In this document: positions 1-9,078 of the stretch, in pieces
How positions within the stretch are numbered: the stretch's first letter is position 1
How the letters are laid out: each line of letters starts with the position of its first letter
Source: Halobacteriovoraceae bacterium
GTDB lineage: Bacteria; Bdellovibrionota; Bacteriovoracia; Bacteriovoracales; Bacteriovoracaceae
NCBI GenBank assembly: GCA_020635115.1
Contig: JACKAK010000004.1
Span: forward strand, 115,487-179,486
Direction: 5' to 3'
DNA: 64,000 nucleotides
The notes under the pieces: model-generated
Told to the model about the DNA's origin: nothing
The model's input: the letters and a program-made list of their open reading frames with translations, nothing else
Databases searched by the model: none
Translations under genes and position numbers: made by a program

Positions 1-274
1 GTGTATTAAGTATATTATTTGATCCTACAGTACTTGATCTAATATGTGCAATTACAGTTTCTGAAGATACAACACCAGAAACTTTCTTAAATATTTTATC
101 CTCTCCGGCCATTGCTTCAGATTTAACTATATGAGGAGTTCCGACGAGATAATAAGCAACTCCCCAACCATCAGGATGAGAAAGAGATTGAGCTTGCAGA
201 GCGTTTTCGGCATGTAACAAGCTTTGGTGGACCTTGCTATGAATGACAGAACGAAATCCAAATAGCCTACACAT
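1..274 (-). CDS. class II (Ntn-type) glutamine amidotransferase, N-terminal fragment; the gene runs off the window start
   Basis: Not in the ORF track because the 3' end is off-window. Reverse-strand ATG at 274..272 gives MCRLFGFRSVIHSKVHQSLLHAENALQAQSLSHPDGWGVAYY... The Met-Cys start (catalytic Cys2) and the DGWG motif are typical of class II GATase / YafJ-like proteins. Confidence 0.7.
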   Translation of the reverse strand, partial: MCRLFGFRSVIHSKVHQSLLHAENALQAQSLSHPDGWGVAYYLVGTPHIVKSEAMAGEDKIFKKVSGVVSSETVIAHIRSSTVGSNNILNT

Positions 275-277
275 TAA

Positions 278-970
278 TCATTTACCCTTGCTGTTTTTAA
301 TTACTTCGTAAAGGTGCTTATAATGATCAAATTTTTCCGGATTGGCCAGCGCATATTCAATCGTTGCATTAACATGGTGAGAAATAGAAGTCTCATCAAA
401 GACACATCCGGCCTGGGGAATTTCTTTACAGAGTTTTTGATAATAGGTCGTACTTGAGATAAGGCCAAAATGATTAACGAGGGAAAAAATATTCTTGATT
501 ACCCATATTTGGGCCTGAGGAGGAATTTTATCTCCATATTCTTTTTGTAATAATTTCATGAAGGCCTCTTCTCCTGGGGGGCAAAAATGTAATTGATCTT
601 TTGGAATATCATCAAGCATAGGAAAATTATCGTTCAGAAAAAGTTTGAAAATATTTCTCATCGCATTTTGATTTTGTAGAAAAAAGTTCAAAGTTTCGAC
701 TGCCAGTTTTAATACAGACATATTTTTTTTGTCTGAAATCTCTGTAATTTGTTTATCAACCCATTTTATACTGTGCTGAAAAACCTCAAAATAAAGTCTA
801 TCTTTACTTTGAAAGTGATAATTGACGGCACCTAAGTTCACTTCTGCTTCTTTTGCTATATCTCGAATAGATGTGCCATCAAAACCTTTTCTTGAAAATA
901 ATTCATAGGCCACATTTAAAATTTTTTCTTTTGTTGATTCTTTTGAATTTGCTTGTTGCAAAGCATTCAT
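278..970 (-). CDS. TetR/AcrR family transcriptional regulator
   Basis: N-terminal HTH KEKILNVAYELFSRKGFDGTSIRDIAKEAEVNLGAVNYHFQSKDRLY is a classic TetR_N signature. Its ATG overlaps the RND stop codon (ATGA at 967-970), so it is the last gene of the efflux operon. Confidence 0.9.
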   Translation of the reverse strand: MNALQQANSKESTKEKILNVAYELFSRKGFDGTSIRDIAKEAEVNLGAVNYHFQSKDRLYFEVFQHSIKWVDKQITEISDKKNMSVLKLAVETLNFFLQNQNAMRNIFKLFLNDNFPMLDDIPKDQLHFCPPGEEAFMKLLQKEYGDKIPPQAQIWVIKNIFSLVNHFGLISSTTYYQKLCKEIPQAGCVFDETSISHHVNATIEYALANPEKFDHYKHLYEVIKNSKGK

Positions 971-3900
971 GCTAACTCCTTTTGACTTTGTTCAGGCAAT
1001 TCAGTTAAGTTGTCAACATCATTTTCTTTTAAATTATTTATTTCAGAATTATTTTTCTTTCTGTCTTTTTTAAGAAAAGAAAAAAGTCCCATAAAATCTT
1101 CAAGAATAGCATAAGCACAAGGCACCCAAACAAGAGTTAAAACAGTTCCAGAAGTTAATCCCCACGCCATGGCCAGAGTCATTGGGATTAGAATTGGATC
1201 TGTTCCACCAATTCCATAAGCTGTAGGGATTAAACCAGATATTGTAGTAAGTGAAGTTACGAGTACGGCCCTAAGTCTCATTCCTGAAGCTTTGGCCAAA
1301 ATTGTATGGAGATCAAATTTTCCTTCTTCTCTAAATTGATCGATAAATGAAATAAGGACAATACCCGAATTTACAATGATACCTCCAAGGCCAATGATAC
1401 CAATTAAGGCAAGAAAACTTATTGGTCTATCGTGCAAATAGAAAGCAATTGAAAATCCAAACAACCCAAGTGGAATAGTTGACATAATAATTGCAGGCCG
1501 TAAGAAGCTTTTAAAAAGAAAAACAAGGAGTGCAAAAATCCCAATTAAAGAGAGAATTAAAGCATCAAAGAGTGAGGCCATTGATTCGTTTGTACTTTCC
1601 TGTGCTCCACCAAATTTCAATGAAACGTTATGATATTTTGTTTTGTGTTTATTGTAAGAATCCATCAAAAGTGAATTGGCCTTAACAGAAGTGATCAAAT
1701 TATCGTCGACTGTACCCGTTAAGGTTTTTGATTTTTTGAAATCAAAACGTTTTATTTGTGGTGAACCATTATTGATATGAAATGAGGCAATTGTGGATAC
1801 AGGAACTAAGTTTTTTGCCATTCCATTGTCCATAATTTTAACTTCGCCAAGATCTTCAAGATTTTTTCGATAATCCTTTTGAAATCTCAAATTGATATCT
1901 ACATCCTTATTGTCCAATGTAACTTGAGAAATATTTTTACCACCAATAGCTGTACTTATAGTGTTTCCAATGTTGTTGACACTTAAACCTAAACGGTCTG
2001 CTTTTGCGTAATCAATATCTACAAAGACTTCATCATCACCAATAACATCATCAGTTTTTAAGTTTGAAATACCTTGGACTTTGAGAAGGTCAGCTTTAAT
2101 ATCTTCAATGAGATGGTCAATATCACTTATACTATTTGATCTAAAAGTTGCTTCAATATCATTTCCAACAGGAGGCCCATTAATAATTGCTTCATATGTT
2201 ACTTCTTTAATTCCTTCAACTTTTATAGATCTTAATCTCTTAAGAATTTCAGTGTGAGGTATATTAAGTTTAGTATTATCTGATGCTCTTAGCACAAGAA
2301 TCCCAACATTGTTACCTTCAGCTTTCTTAGGATCAGTTGGATTCATTTGTGAAATCCCTGCACGAGCAACAATATGTTCTATGTCTTTCCCCATTTTTTC
2401 TTCAACTGCCTTAGAAAGTTTACCGAGTAACATTTTTGTATGGTCTAATGTGGATCCTGTATCAATATTTACTCTTGCAACATAAACTTCTGTCTGTTCT
2501 GGTGGAAAGAGTACAAACTTGTTTACAACGGCCATAAAATAAAATGAAATTGCTAAAATTCCAGTAAAGACAAAAGAAACTATATAACGATGTCTAATGA
2601 GTGTAGACATCGTACTTTCAAACATATGTTCAAATCTATGAAACCAATCTTTTTTGGCCTCTTGTTCATTTTCTTTTTTAATCTTTCCACCTCCATGTGC
2701 AAGTCTCATTGGAAGAAGGAAAAAACTTTCAAATAAACTAACTGTAAGTGAAATTGATACAATCATTGGAATGAAACGGATAAATTGTCCCATGATCCCT
2801 CTGGTCACAAGCATTGGCAAAAAAGCAGCAATTGTAGTAAGGGCCGTTCCTGTGATTGGGAGCCATAATTGCTTAACGGATTCAACAGCAGCTTCATAAG
2901 GGCCAGCACCCTCTTGTCTTAGTCTCGTAAAGTTTTCTGAAATAACAACAGAGTTATCAACTAACATCCCAAGAGCTATAACCAGGGCCAAAATTGTGAT
3001 TGTATCAAGATTCATTCCCATTGAGGGCATAATTCCTAGAGTTGCCATAACTGCGAAGGGAAGAGATAAACTGGCCAAAATTCCAATTCGACCTGGTAGA
3101 AAGAGAAATAAAAAAACGATAACTAGGATTAATCCTGTTAAGGCATTTTCACTTAAAACTGTGAGTTTATTTTCAACTTTTATGGATTCGTCTAAATATG
3201 AAACAAATTTTAACTGTCCATCATATCTTTTTTGAAACGTTGACAGCACTTCAGTTAAATCTTTAACAAGTTTGATTGTGTCTGAACCACCTTTTTTACT
3301 TACAACTACGAGAGTGGCATCTTCTCCATTATATTGAGCTTTAGTTGTGATTTCTTTTTCACTATCTAAAACTTCTGCAACATCTTTTAATAAAATTTGT
3401 TGTCCGGTAAAATTTGATCTTATTAATACATTACCAAGTTCTTCAGAACTTTTCACTTTTCCTTCAATTCTTAAGAGCTTTTGATCATCACTTCCTTTTA
3501 GACTTCCACCTGGAACACTAATATTTCTCATTTTAATTTTTTGAATAACTTCATCAACTCCAATATGATGAAAGTGAAGCTTTTGTTGATCTAGTTTTAC
3601 GACAAACTCCCTTTGTGCAAAACCAGTTAGTCTGGCCTCTTTGACATTCTTATTGTCTTCAAATTCTTCCTTGAGTGCGTCTGCAACTTTATCTCTTAAT
3701 CTTCCATCATTATTTCCAACGACTGCTACTTCAAGCACTGGAAACTCTTCAGAATTTATTTCTACAAATTTGGGAGCTTCTTCTAAATCAACAGGGAGCT
3801 TGGTTGTTCTATCAACCGCCTTTTGAATATCACTCATGACTTCGTCTACATCTTCAACATTATCAATGTCTGCTCTAACCACAATCGTACTCAAACCTGA

Positions 3901-4158
3901 TTGTGATGTTGATCTGACATCTTTAAGACCTGAGACTTGTCTGATTTCATCTTCGATAGGTTTAGTAATTTTAGTTTCAATATCTTCTGCCGAAGCTCCT
4001 CGATAAACAGTCGTAATAATGGCCTGGCCCATGTTTACACTTGGAAAAGATTCAGCGTTCATTTTAAAGAGTCCTTGAACTCCATAGATTATCAAAAATC
4101 CAGAAATGACTACAGTAAGTTTATAGTTTTCAATAAAAAATTTTGCTAGTTTTCCCAT
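967..4158 (-). CDS. RND (AcrB/AcrD/AcrF family) efflux permease
   Basis: 1063 aa. Two blocks of about 6 TM helices separated by large periplasmic loops, with N-terminal FFIENYKLTVVISGFLIIYG. Size and topology are typical of HAE-type RND pumps. Confidence 0.93.
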   Translation of the reverse strand: MGKLAKFFIENYKLTVVISGFLIIYGVQGLFKMNAESFPSVNMGQAIITTVYRGASAEDIETKITKPIEDEIRQVSGLKDVRSTSQSGLSTIVVRADIDNVEDVDEVMSDIQKAVDRTTKLPVDLEEAPKFVEINSEEFPVLEVAVVGNNDGRLRDKVADALKEEFEDNKNVKEARLTGFAQREFVVKLDQQKLHFHHIGVDEVIQKIKMRNISVPGGSLKGSDDQKLLRIEGKVKSSEELGNVLIRSNFTGQQILLKDVAEVLDSEKEITTKAQYNGEDATLVVVSKKGGSDTIKLVKDLTEVLSTFQKRYDGQLKFVSYLDESIKVENKLTVLSENALTGLILVIVFLFLFLPGRIGILASLSLPFAVMATLGIMPSMGMNLDTITILALVIALGMLVDNSVVISENFTRLRQEGAGPYEAAVESVKQLWLPITGTALTTIAAFLPMLVTRGIMGQFIRFIPMIVSISLTVSLFESFFLLPMRLAHGGGKIKKENEQEAKKDWFHRFEHMFESTMSTLIRHRYIVSFVFTGILAISFYFMAVVNKFVLFPPEQTEVYVARVNIDTGSTLDHTKMLLGKLSKAVEEKMGKDIEHIVARAGISQMNPTDPKKAEGNNVGILVLRASDNTKLNIPHTEILKRLRSIKVEGIKEVTYEAIINGPPVGNDIEATFRSNSISDIDHLIEDIKADLLKVQGISNLKTDDVIGDDEVFVDIDYAKADRLGLSVNNIGNTISTAIGGKNISQVTLDNKDVDINLRFQKDYRKNLEDLGEVKIMDNGMAKNLVPVSTIASFHINNGSPQIKRFDFKKSKTLTGTVDDNLITSVKANSLLMDSYNKHKTKYHNVSLKFGGAQESTNESMASLFDALILSLIGIFALLVFLFKSFLRPAIIMSTIPLGLFGFSIAFYLHDRPISFLALIGIIGLGGIIVNSGIVLISFIDQFREEGKFDLHTILAKASGMRLRAVLVTSLTTISGLIPTAYGIGGTDPILIPMTLAMAWGLTSGTVLTLVWVPCAYAILEDFMGLFSFLKKDRKKNNSEINNLKENDVDNLTELPEQSQKELA

Positions 4159-4170
4159 AAAGTTTTCCTA

Positions 4171-5619
4171 TTATTTATTTATGTTGCAAGGTGTTTCTGT
4201 AAAAACAGAGAAGTAGTTTAATAAAGTAGTAATAACTGCTAATTTTGTATCAATTTCAGAGAGATTACTTTGAAGATATAAATCTTGATCGTTAATAAGA
4301 TCTCTCACTGAAATTCTGGCCTGATCATATTTCTTTTTACTTATTTCCAAAGATTTTTTGAGATGAGTAGTATTTTCAACTTGTGCATCAATTACATTAT
4401 TAAGGAGAAAAATATTTTTAACTGTTTGTCCGTGATAGGCACCTAATTTTCCTACAATCACTCTTTGTTGACCCTCATATCTCTTTTGTTGTAGCCTTTT
4501 TTTGATGTCTTCTGTTTTACCAATCTGAGAACCAAGAGGAATATCTAATTTTAATCCCAATGCATAGGCCGATTTGGCCTCATCAGGGTAATTAGAAAGA
4601 CTCTCTGACATTCCAATTTTATTTGTATTTGAATCGACTTCTCCATAAAGTGATAAATCCCAATCACTATAAGTTGTATTATAATCTTGTAAGAGTTGGT
4701 TTTGTTTAGTTAAAAGTGAGAGGATTTCATCATATTTCGTATAGTCATATGGAATACTTGTTTGAGATGAAATAATTTGCGTGCACTGTGTAACGTCTCT
4801 GATTGTTTTTTCAAGCTCATATTTACCAAGTTCTATTTTTTTATCTGCTAGCTCTGGAAGAATTTCTTTAAGTTGTTGAACCAACGTCTCTTTTTGATAG
4901 TTTAAATATATCAACTGTCCTTTTCTTGCTGCATACTGAGATTGATATCGTGCTACCTCTCCAGCATCTGCAATAGAGTTCTTTTGTCTTTTTTTCGCCT
5001 CTTCAGCTTGTTTTTTAGAAAATTCAAGGAGATCAGTTGTGATCAATTTTGATTCATTATTTGCGACAAGTGACCAATATATTTTTCTTATAGATTGAAA
5101 CAAAGCTTTTTTACGGATGTCTGATTCAAGCTGAGAATTTTGCACAGAAACCGATGAAGCATCTAAGATTCTCTTTGTATTTTTTCCTAGAAAATTTTTA
5201 AGTAAATCAACTCCAAAACTTAATTTTACACCACTTGTAGCATCTTCTTGTGGGAAGGCAGATAAAATGGCCATGTGAGAGTACGCCGATACACTTGTTG
5301 AAAACCCACTTTGGAAATTTTTGCTAACTCCTAATTCTACAGCTTTTGCTTCTTTTGTAATAGGTCTGTAAAGGTTTACACTTTGTTGATAAGATTTTGA
5401 AAGATTTGTATCCACATAACCAGTGGGAGAGAAGGCCTCAAGTTGAGATGATTCAATTTCTTTGGTTGAAAGTAGCGCAGCTTCAATTTCATCAACTCCA
5501 GGAGCACCTTTTTCAAAATATTCTTTAAGAACGTTCTCATCAATAAGAATGGAATTTTCGCTAGCTCTTAGAGAAAGGGATAAAAGAAGAAAAAGGGAGA
5601 GGAGTTTTTTTGCTTTCAT
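4171..5619 (-). CDS. TolC-like outer membrane efflux protein (OMF family)
   Basis: 482 aa with a signal peptide (MKAKKLLSLFLLLSLSLRA). Two repeated coiled-coil/beta halves. Lies 12 nt upstream of the RND gene on the same strand. Confidence 0.8.
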   Translation of the reverse strand: MKAKKLLSLFLLLSLSLRASENSILIDENVLKEYFEKGAPGVDEIEAALLSTKEIESSQLEAFSPTGYVDTNLSKSYQQSVNLYRPITKEAKAVELGVSKNFQSGFSTSVSAYSHMAILSAFPQEDATSGVKLSFGVDLLKNFLGKNTKRILDASSVSVQNSQLESDIRKKALFQSIRKIYWSLVANNESKLITTDLLEFSKKQAEEAKKRQKNSIADAGEVARYQSQYAARKGQLIYLNYQKETLVQQLKEILPELADKKIELGKYELEKTIRDVTQCTQIISSQTSIPYDYTKYDEILSLLTKQNQLLQDYNTTYSDWDLSLYGEVDSNTNKIGMSESLSNYPDEAKSAYALGLKLDIPLGSQIGKTEDIKKRLQQKRYEGQQRVIVGKLGAYHGQTVKNIFLLNNVIDAQVENTTHLKKSLEISKKKYDQARISVRDLINDQDLYLQSNLSEIDTKLAVITTLLNYFSVFTETPCNINK

Positions 5620-5639
5620 TAATTTTTCCTTGCGTTAAT

Positions 5640-5673
5640 ATTCATACGTTTGTTTGAATTCATACGTTCGTAT
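5640..5673. promoter_or_regulatory. candidate TetR operator upstream of the tolC-RND-tetR operon
   Basis: ATTCATACGTT occurs twice (5640-5650 and 5658-5668), 18 bp start to start. The second copy extends into the inverted repeat ATACG-TT-CGTAT (5662-5673). The site lies 20-55 nt upstream of the tolC-like start codon (5619). Confidence 0.4.
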
Positions 5674-5857
5674 TAATTAAACGGCAAGTTTGCAAAATAA
5701 TCAAGTAAATTCTATTTTAAAAAAATCCCTCATAACCACTTGAAAATATTAACAAGTTCAGAAAGTAGTTAATAACATTTGGAATATTATTGACGTTGAT
5801 TGTCAATCACTCTGATTATTGGTAATTTGCTGCCAACGAAATGAGGAGTAATAAAAC

Positions 5858-6490
5858 TTGAATTGTCCACTTTGTCTTTCTCCCAAAACAAATGAGCTCT
5901 CTTTCACGAAGATGGCCATGTATGAAGTCTGCAAAGAATGTCGTACGGTTTATATGAACCCAGAGTACTTTCTTAGCAAACAAAGTGAAAAAGAAAGATA
6001 TGATTTACACAATAATACTGAGGAAGATCAACGTTATGTTGATTATATGTACTACAATATGCAAGAATGTTTGAGTCTATGTGATAAAAAATTTTCAATT
6101 GGCAGCTATTCATTAGACTATGGATGTGGTGCAACTCAAATCATGTCTAACCTTCTGGAGTCAGAGGGCCTTTGTTCCATTTCCTATGATCCACTCTATT
6201 TTCCTATCGAACTTAAAAAAGCTAAATTTGATTTGATCACGGCAATTGAAGTCGTTGAACATTTTAACAATCCTGCAAAAGAATGGCAGCAGCTCTTTGA
6301 CCTACTGGCCCCTGACGGCGTTCTGGTTGTAAGAACTCAACTGATAACCGATGTCGTAGATTTTGAAAATTGGTGGTATAAGAATGATCCAACTCATGTC
6401 ACTTTTTATCACGATATAGGACTAGAGTGGATTGCAAATAAGTATAATCGGAAATTAAAAATTAAAAATAATTTTATAGCATTTCTTTAG
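5858..6490 (+). CDS. class I SAM-dependent methyltransferase with N-terminal Cys4 zinc-ribbon
   Basis: SAM motif I LDYGCGATQ and a post-I acidic residue. EVVEHF is typical of the Methyltransf_11/12/23 families. N-terminal CPLC...CKEC. TTG start. Confidence 0.75.
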   Translation: MNCPLCLSPKTNELSFTKMAMYEVCKECRTVYMNPEYFLSKQSEKERYDLHNNTEEDQRYVDYMYYNMQECLSLCDKKFSIGSYSLDYGCGATQIMSNLLESEGLCSISYDPLYFPIELKKAKFDLITAIEVVEHFNNPAKEWQQLFDLLAPDGVLVVRTQLITDVVDFENWWYKNDPTHVTFYHDIGLEWIANKYNRKLKIKNNFIAFL

Positions 6491-6499
6491 GAGCATATT

Positions 6500-6835
6500 T
6501 TGAAATTATATGGGATACCAAATTGTGACACTGTTAAAAAGGCCAAAGTACATTTAGAAAATAAAAATATTGACTATGAATTTGTTGATTTCAAAAAAAA
6601 TCCACCAACCAAAAAACTCATTAAAGAAGTTCAGCTGTTTTTAGGAGAACTTCCTGTGAATAGGAGAGGGACGACTTTTCGTAAAATTAAAGATATCTAT
6701 GAAGAAGCAAGTGAGAAAGAAAAAATTGAAATTTTAATTGTGAATTCATCTTCAATAAAAAGACCAATTCTTGTAAAAGATGAGAAAATTTGCGCTGTTG
6801 GATACGATGTCAATGAATACGATAGAATCCTTTGA
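6500..6835 (+). CDS. ArsC/Spx family protein (YffB-like)
   Basis: 111 aa. MKLYGIPNCDTVKKAKVHLENKNIDYEFVDFKK matches the thioredoxin-fold ArsC/Spx/YffB N-terminus with the conserved Cys. C-terminal IKRPILV motif. Confidence 0.8.
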   Translation: MKLYGIPNCDTVKKAKVHLENKNIDYEFVDFKKNPPTKKLIKEVQLFLGELPVNRRGTTFRKIKDIYEEASEKEKIEILIVNSSSIKRPILVKDEKICAVGYDVNEYDRIL

Positions 6836-7562
6836 TGACAAGAAAGGTCGATGTTATGGATGCTTTCTATCTAAGAAGGCCTGTTTATGTAAAGATGTAA
6901 CTCCATTTGAAGTAGTGACAAAATTTATCATATTGATGCATCCAAAAGAATTTAAAAGAGAGAGAACTGGAACCGGAAAAATTACATCTTCATTTCTATT
7001 GGATTCAGAAGTTATTTCAGGAGTAAATTTTGATCACAATTCTAGAGTAAATGAACTTTTAAATGATGAGCGTTTCACACCTTTTATTCTCTATCCTGGC
7101 AAAAAGGCCATGAACTTATCCACTCCACAGGGCAAACAAGAGATGTGTGAATTTATCTCTAAAAAACATAAAAATAACCTCATCTTCGTGATCGATGGAA
7201 CATGGGCATGTGCCAAGACTATGATGAGGGAAAGTACATGTTTACACACTTTACCTCGTGTTGCTTTTACTCCTCAATTTGAATCTCAGTTTCATATAAA
7301 AGCACAACCTCATAAGCATTGTTTATCAACAATAGAATCTGTTTACTCGTTAGTTAAAGAACTCGAATTTCTGAAAATTGAAAAACCAGCTCCCTATGAA
7401 AATATGTTATCTACTTTTAATAAACTTAATGAATTTCTGATAAATTGTGCTAGGGATCCCTCTTTGTCGAGTTATCGACGAGGTCCAGGGTATAAAACGA
7501 AGGAAGAAAGATCTAGAGTTGTGAAGAAATGGACCAAATACAGTGTTTTTTATAATGAATAA
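6780..7562 (+). CDS. DTW domain protein (tRNA-uridine aminocarboxypropyltransferase family)
   Basis: DGTW motif (VIDGTWACAKTMM) and N-terminal Cys cluster CYGCFLSKKACLC. Start uncertain: ATGs at 6807 or 6813 would shorten the 56-nt overlap with the previous gene. Confidence 0.75.
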   Translation: MRKFALLDTMSMNTIESFDDKKGRCYGCFLSKKACLCKDVTPFEVVTKFIILMHPKEFKRERTGTGKITSSFLLDSEVISGVNFDHNSRVNELLNDERFTPFILYPGKKAMNLSTPQGKQEMCEFISKKHKNNLIFVIDGTWACAKTMMRESTCLHTLPRVAFTPQFESQFHIKAQPHKHCLSTIESVYSLVKELEFLKIEKPAPYENMLSTFNKLNEFLINCARDPSLSSYRRGPGYKTKEERSRVVKKWTKYSVFYNE

Positions 7563-7655
7563 ATTATATCAATCTCAAAAAAGAATAGAATTTGTGAGAG
7601 TGATTAGCTACTTAAAGTAAAGATATGAAGAAGGTATCTTCGAAAAGAGGTGTTC

Positions 7656-8018
7656 ATGAAAAAACTCATATTGATAATTTTGATGTTGTTTTCTTTTAGT
7701 ATTCCAAGTTACGCATTTTTTTGGAACGATGATTGTACTGATAAGTCTGAACTTGATGAGATTCAAGGTAACTTTTGTATTCTGAAGGATAAAGATGGCC
7801 CCATCACTTGCATTGTCGTGAAAAATGCCACAAGTGGTGGAATTGATTGTACATTAGAGGGGAATATCGATTTAGAAAAATTTGAAGAACCAAAATCTCT
7901 TAGTTTAGAAATCAAAGGTGAAATTGAAAGAAGAGTTGTAAAAGATCGAATTTGCTATTTTTATAACAGCACTGAACAAACAAGTCATATTTCATGTGTA
8001 AAGGTTCAGTTTAAGTAG
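7656..8018 (+). CDS. small secreted Cys-rich protein, unknown function
   Basis: Signal peptide MKKLILIILMLFSFSIPSYA and 6 Cys in the mature part. AAGAGG lies about 6 nt before the ATG at 7656. The track ORF starts at the GTG at 7650. Confidence 0.5.
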   Translation: MKKLILIILMLFSFSIPSYAFFWNDDCTDKSELDEIQGNFCILKDKDGPITCIVVKNATSGGIDCTLEGNIDLEKFEEPKSLSLEIKGEIERRVVKDRICYFYNSTEQTSHISCVKVQFK

Positions 8019-8034
8019 TCATCAGGGTTGAAGA

Positions 8035-8961
8035 TTAATATCTGAAAGCTAAACTCGTATTAAATCCAATTTGGTAATCAAGATTCTCTCCAACTCCACT
8101 TAAAATAGACATTTCTAAAATGGTACTGGCCGAGGAGTTTTTGAAGTTGTATCTCCATCCAATATTAGCAAGTGATGAAAAGTCTGTGGCCTCTAACAAA
8201 ATTTCTGAACTACTGTCATCTTGATCATCTAAAGCAAACAAATTTTGCAAATTAAAATTGATACTACTTCGTCCAAAATATAGTCCAGTGTAAAAACCCT
8301 GGGTGCTGTCTGAAAAATAATAGTTCATACCTATGTGGAATGCTGTAATTGATACAGAACCAATATAATTTGAATTAAAATCTTCTTCTAAGCTTGAAAA
8401 GGAATATTTAAATCCTCCTGTGATATTTTTAGCGAAAATATATTGAAAATCAATCCCGATATTTGGGCCAGATAAACTCTCTTTAACCAATTGACCTTCT
8501 CTTTTAATCTCACTATTGGCCACTCCAATGAGTAAGCTTGTAATTGTTTTTTTTTGCGGAGCTTGAGTATGTGTATCAATTTGAATATTGGGAGGACTCA
8601 ATTCACCCTTTTGTCTTATATTTGATTTATCGTTTTCTATTTTATTTTCAGTGATAAAAAATCTAAAACCTCTAAAGCATCTGTGAAGGCCATCTTTGGT
8701 TTTTTCACAATGAGTTCTTAGTGGTGAAATTGTTTTCTCTCTTCCATCGCAGTCGTAGGAGTATTTGCAAAGACCTTCAAACTCTCTGTAAGCTGAATTC
8801 ATGGCCTCTTCACGTGCTTTTTGTAAAGAAGAGTTCTCAGAGATACCACATACAAAATAAATGTTTTTTTCAATTCGTTGTGATGCTGTCTCTGTGCATA
8901 ACCAATTGTTTGCAAAAAGAGAAAATGAAAGAATGTAAAATATTATTAACTTCAAATACAT
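8035..8961 (-). CDS. outer membrane protein: Cys-rich N-terminal domain plus C-terminal beta-barrel
   Basis: Signal peptide, alternating hydrophobic beta-strand pattern in the C-terminal 170 aa, and the terminal LAFRY aromatic residue typical of OM beta-barrels. Confidence 0.6.
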   Translation of the reverse strand: MYLKLIIFYILSFSLFANNWLCTETASQRIEKNIYFVCGISENSSLQKAREEAMNSAYREFEGLCKYSYDCDGREKTISPLRTHCEKTKDGLHRCFRGFRFFITENKIENDKSNIRQKGELSPPNIQIDTHTQAPQKKTITSLLIGVANSEIKREGQLVKESLSGPNIGIDFQYIFAKNITGGFKYSFSSLEEDFNSNYIGSVSITAFHIGMNYYFSDSTQGFYTGLYFGRSSINFNLQNLFALDDQDDSSSEILLEATDFSSLANIGWRYNFKNSSASTILEMSILSGVGENLDYQIGFNTSLAFRY

Positions 8962-9078
8962 ATTGCTCTCCAGTCTTTTATAGAATTATGCATATTTGCT
9001 GAAATCATATTATATATGTATGCTTATTGTGAAGTTTAACTTCTGAAATTGAATGGTCAAAATTGAAGGATTTATCAT

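Noticed and set aside
2654-4149. Four plus-strand ORFs (2654-2899, 2996-3235, 3641-3826, 3937-4149) inside the RND gene
   Set aside because: They are antisense to a well-supported 1063-aa RND permease. Their translations are low-complexity (S/L/F-rich) shadow frames with no start context.
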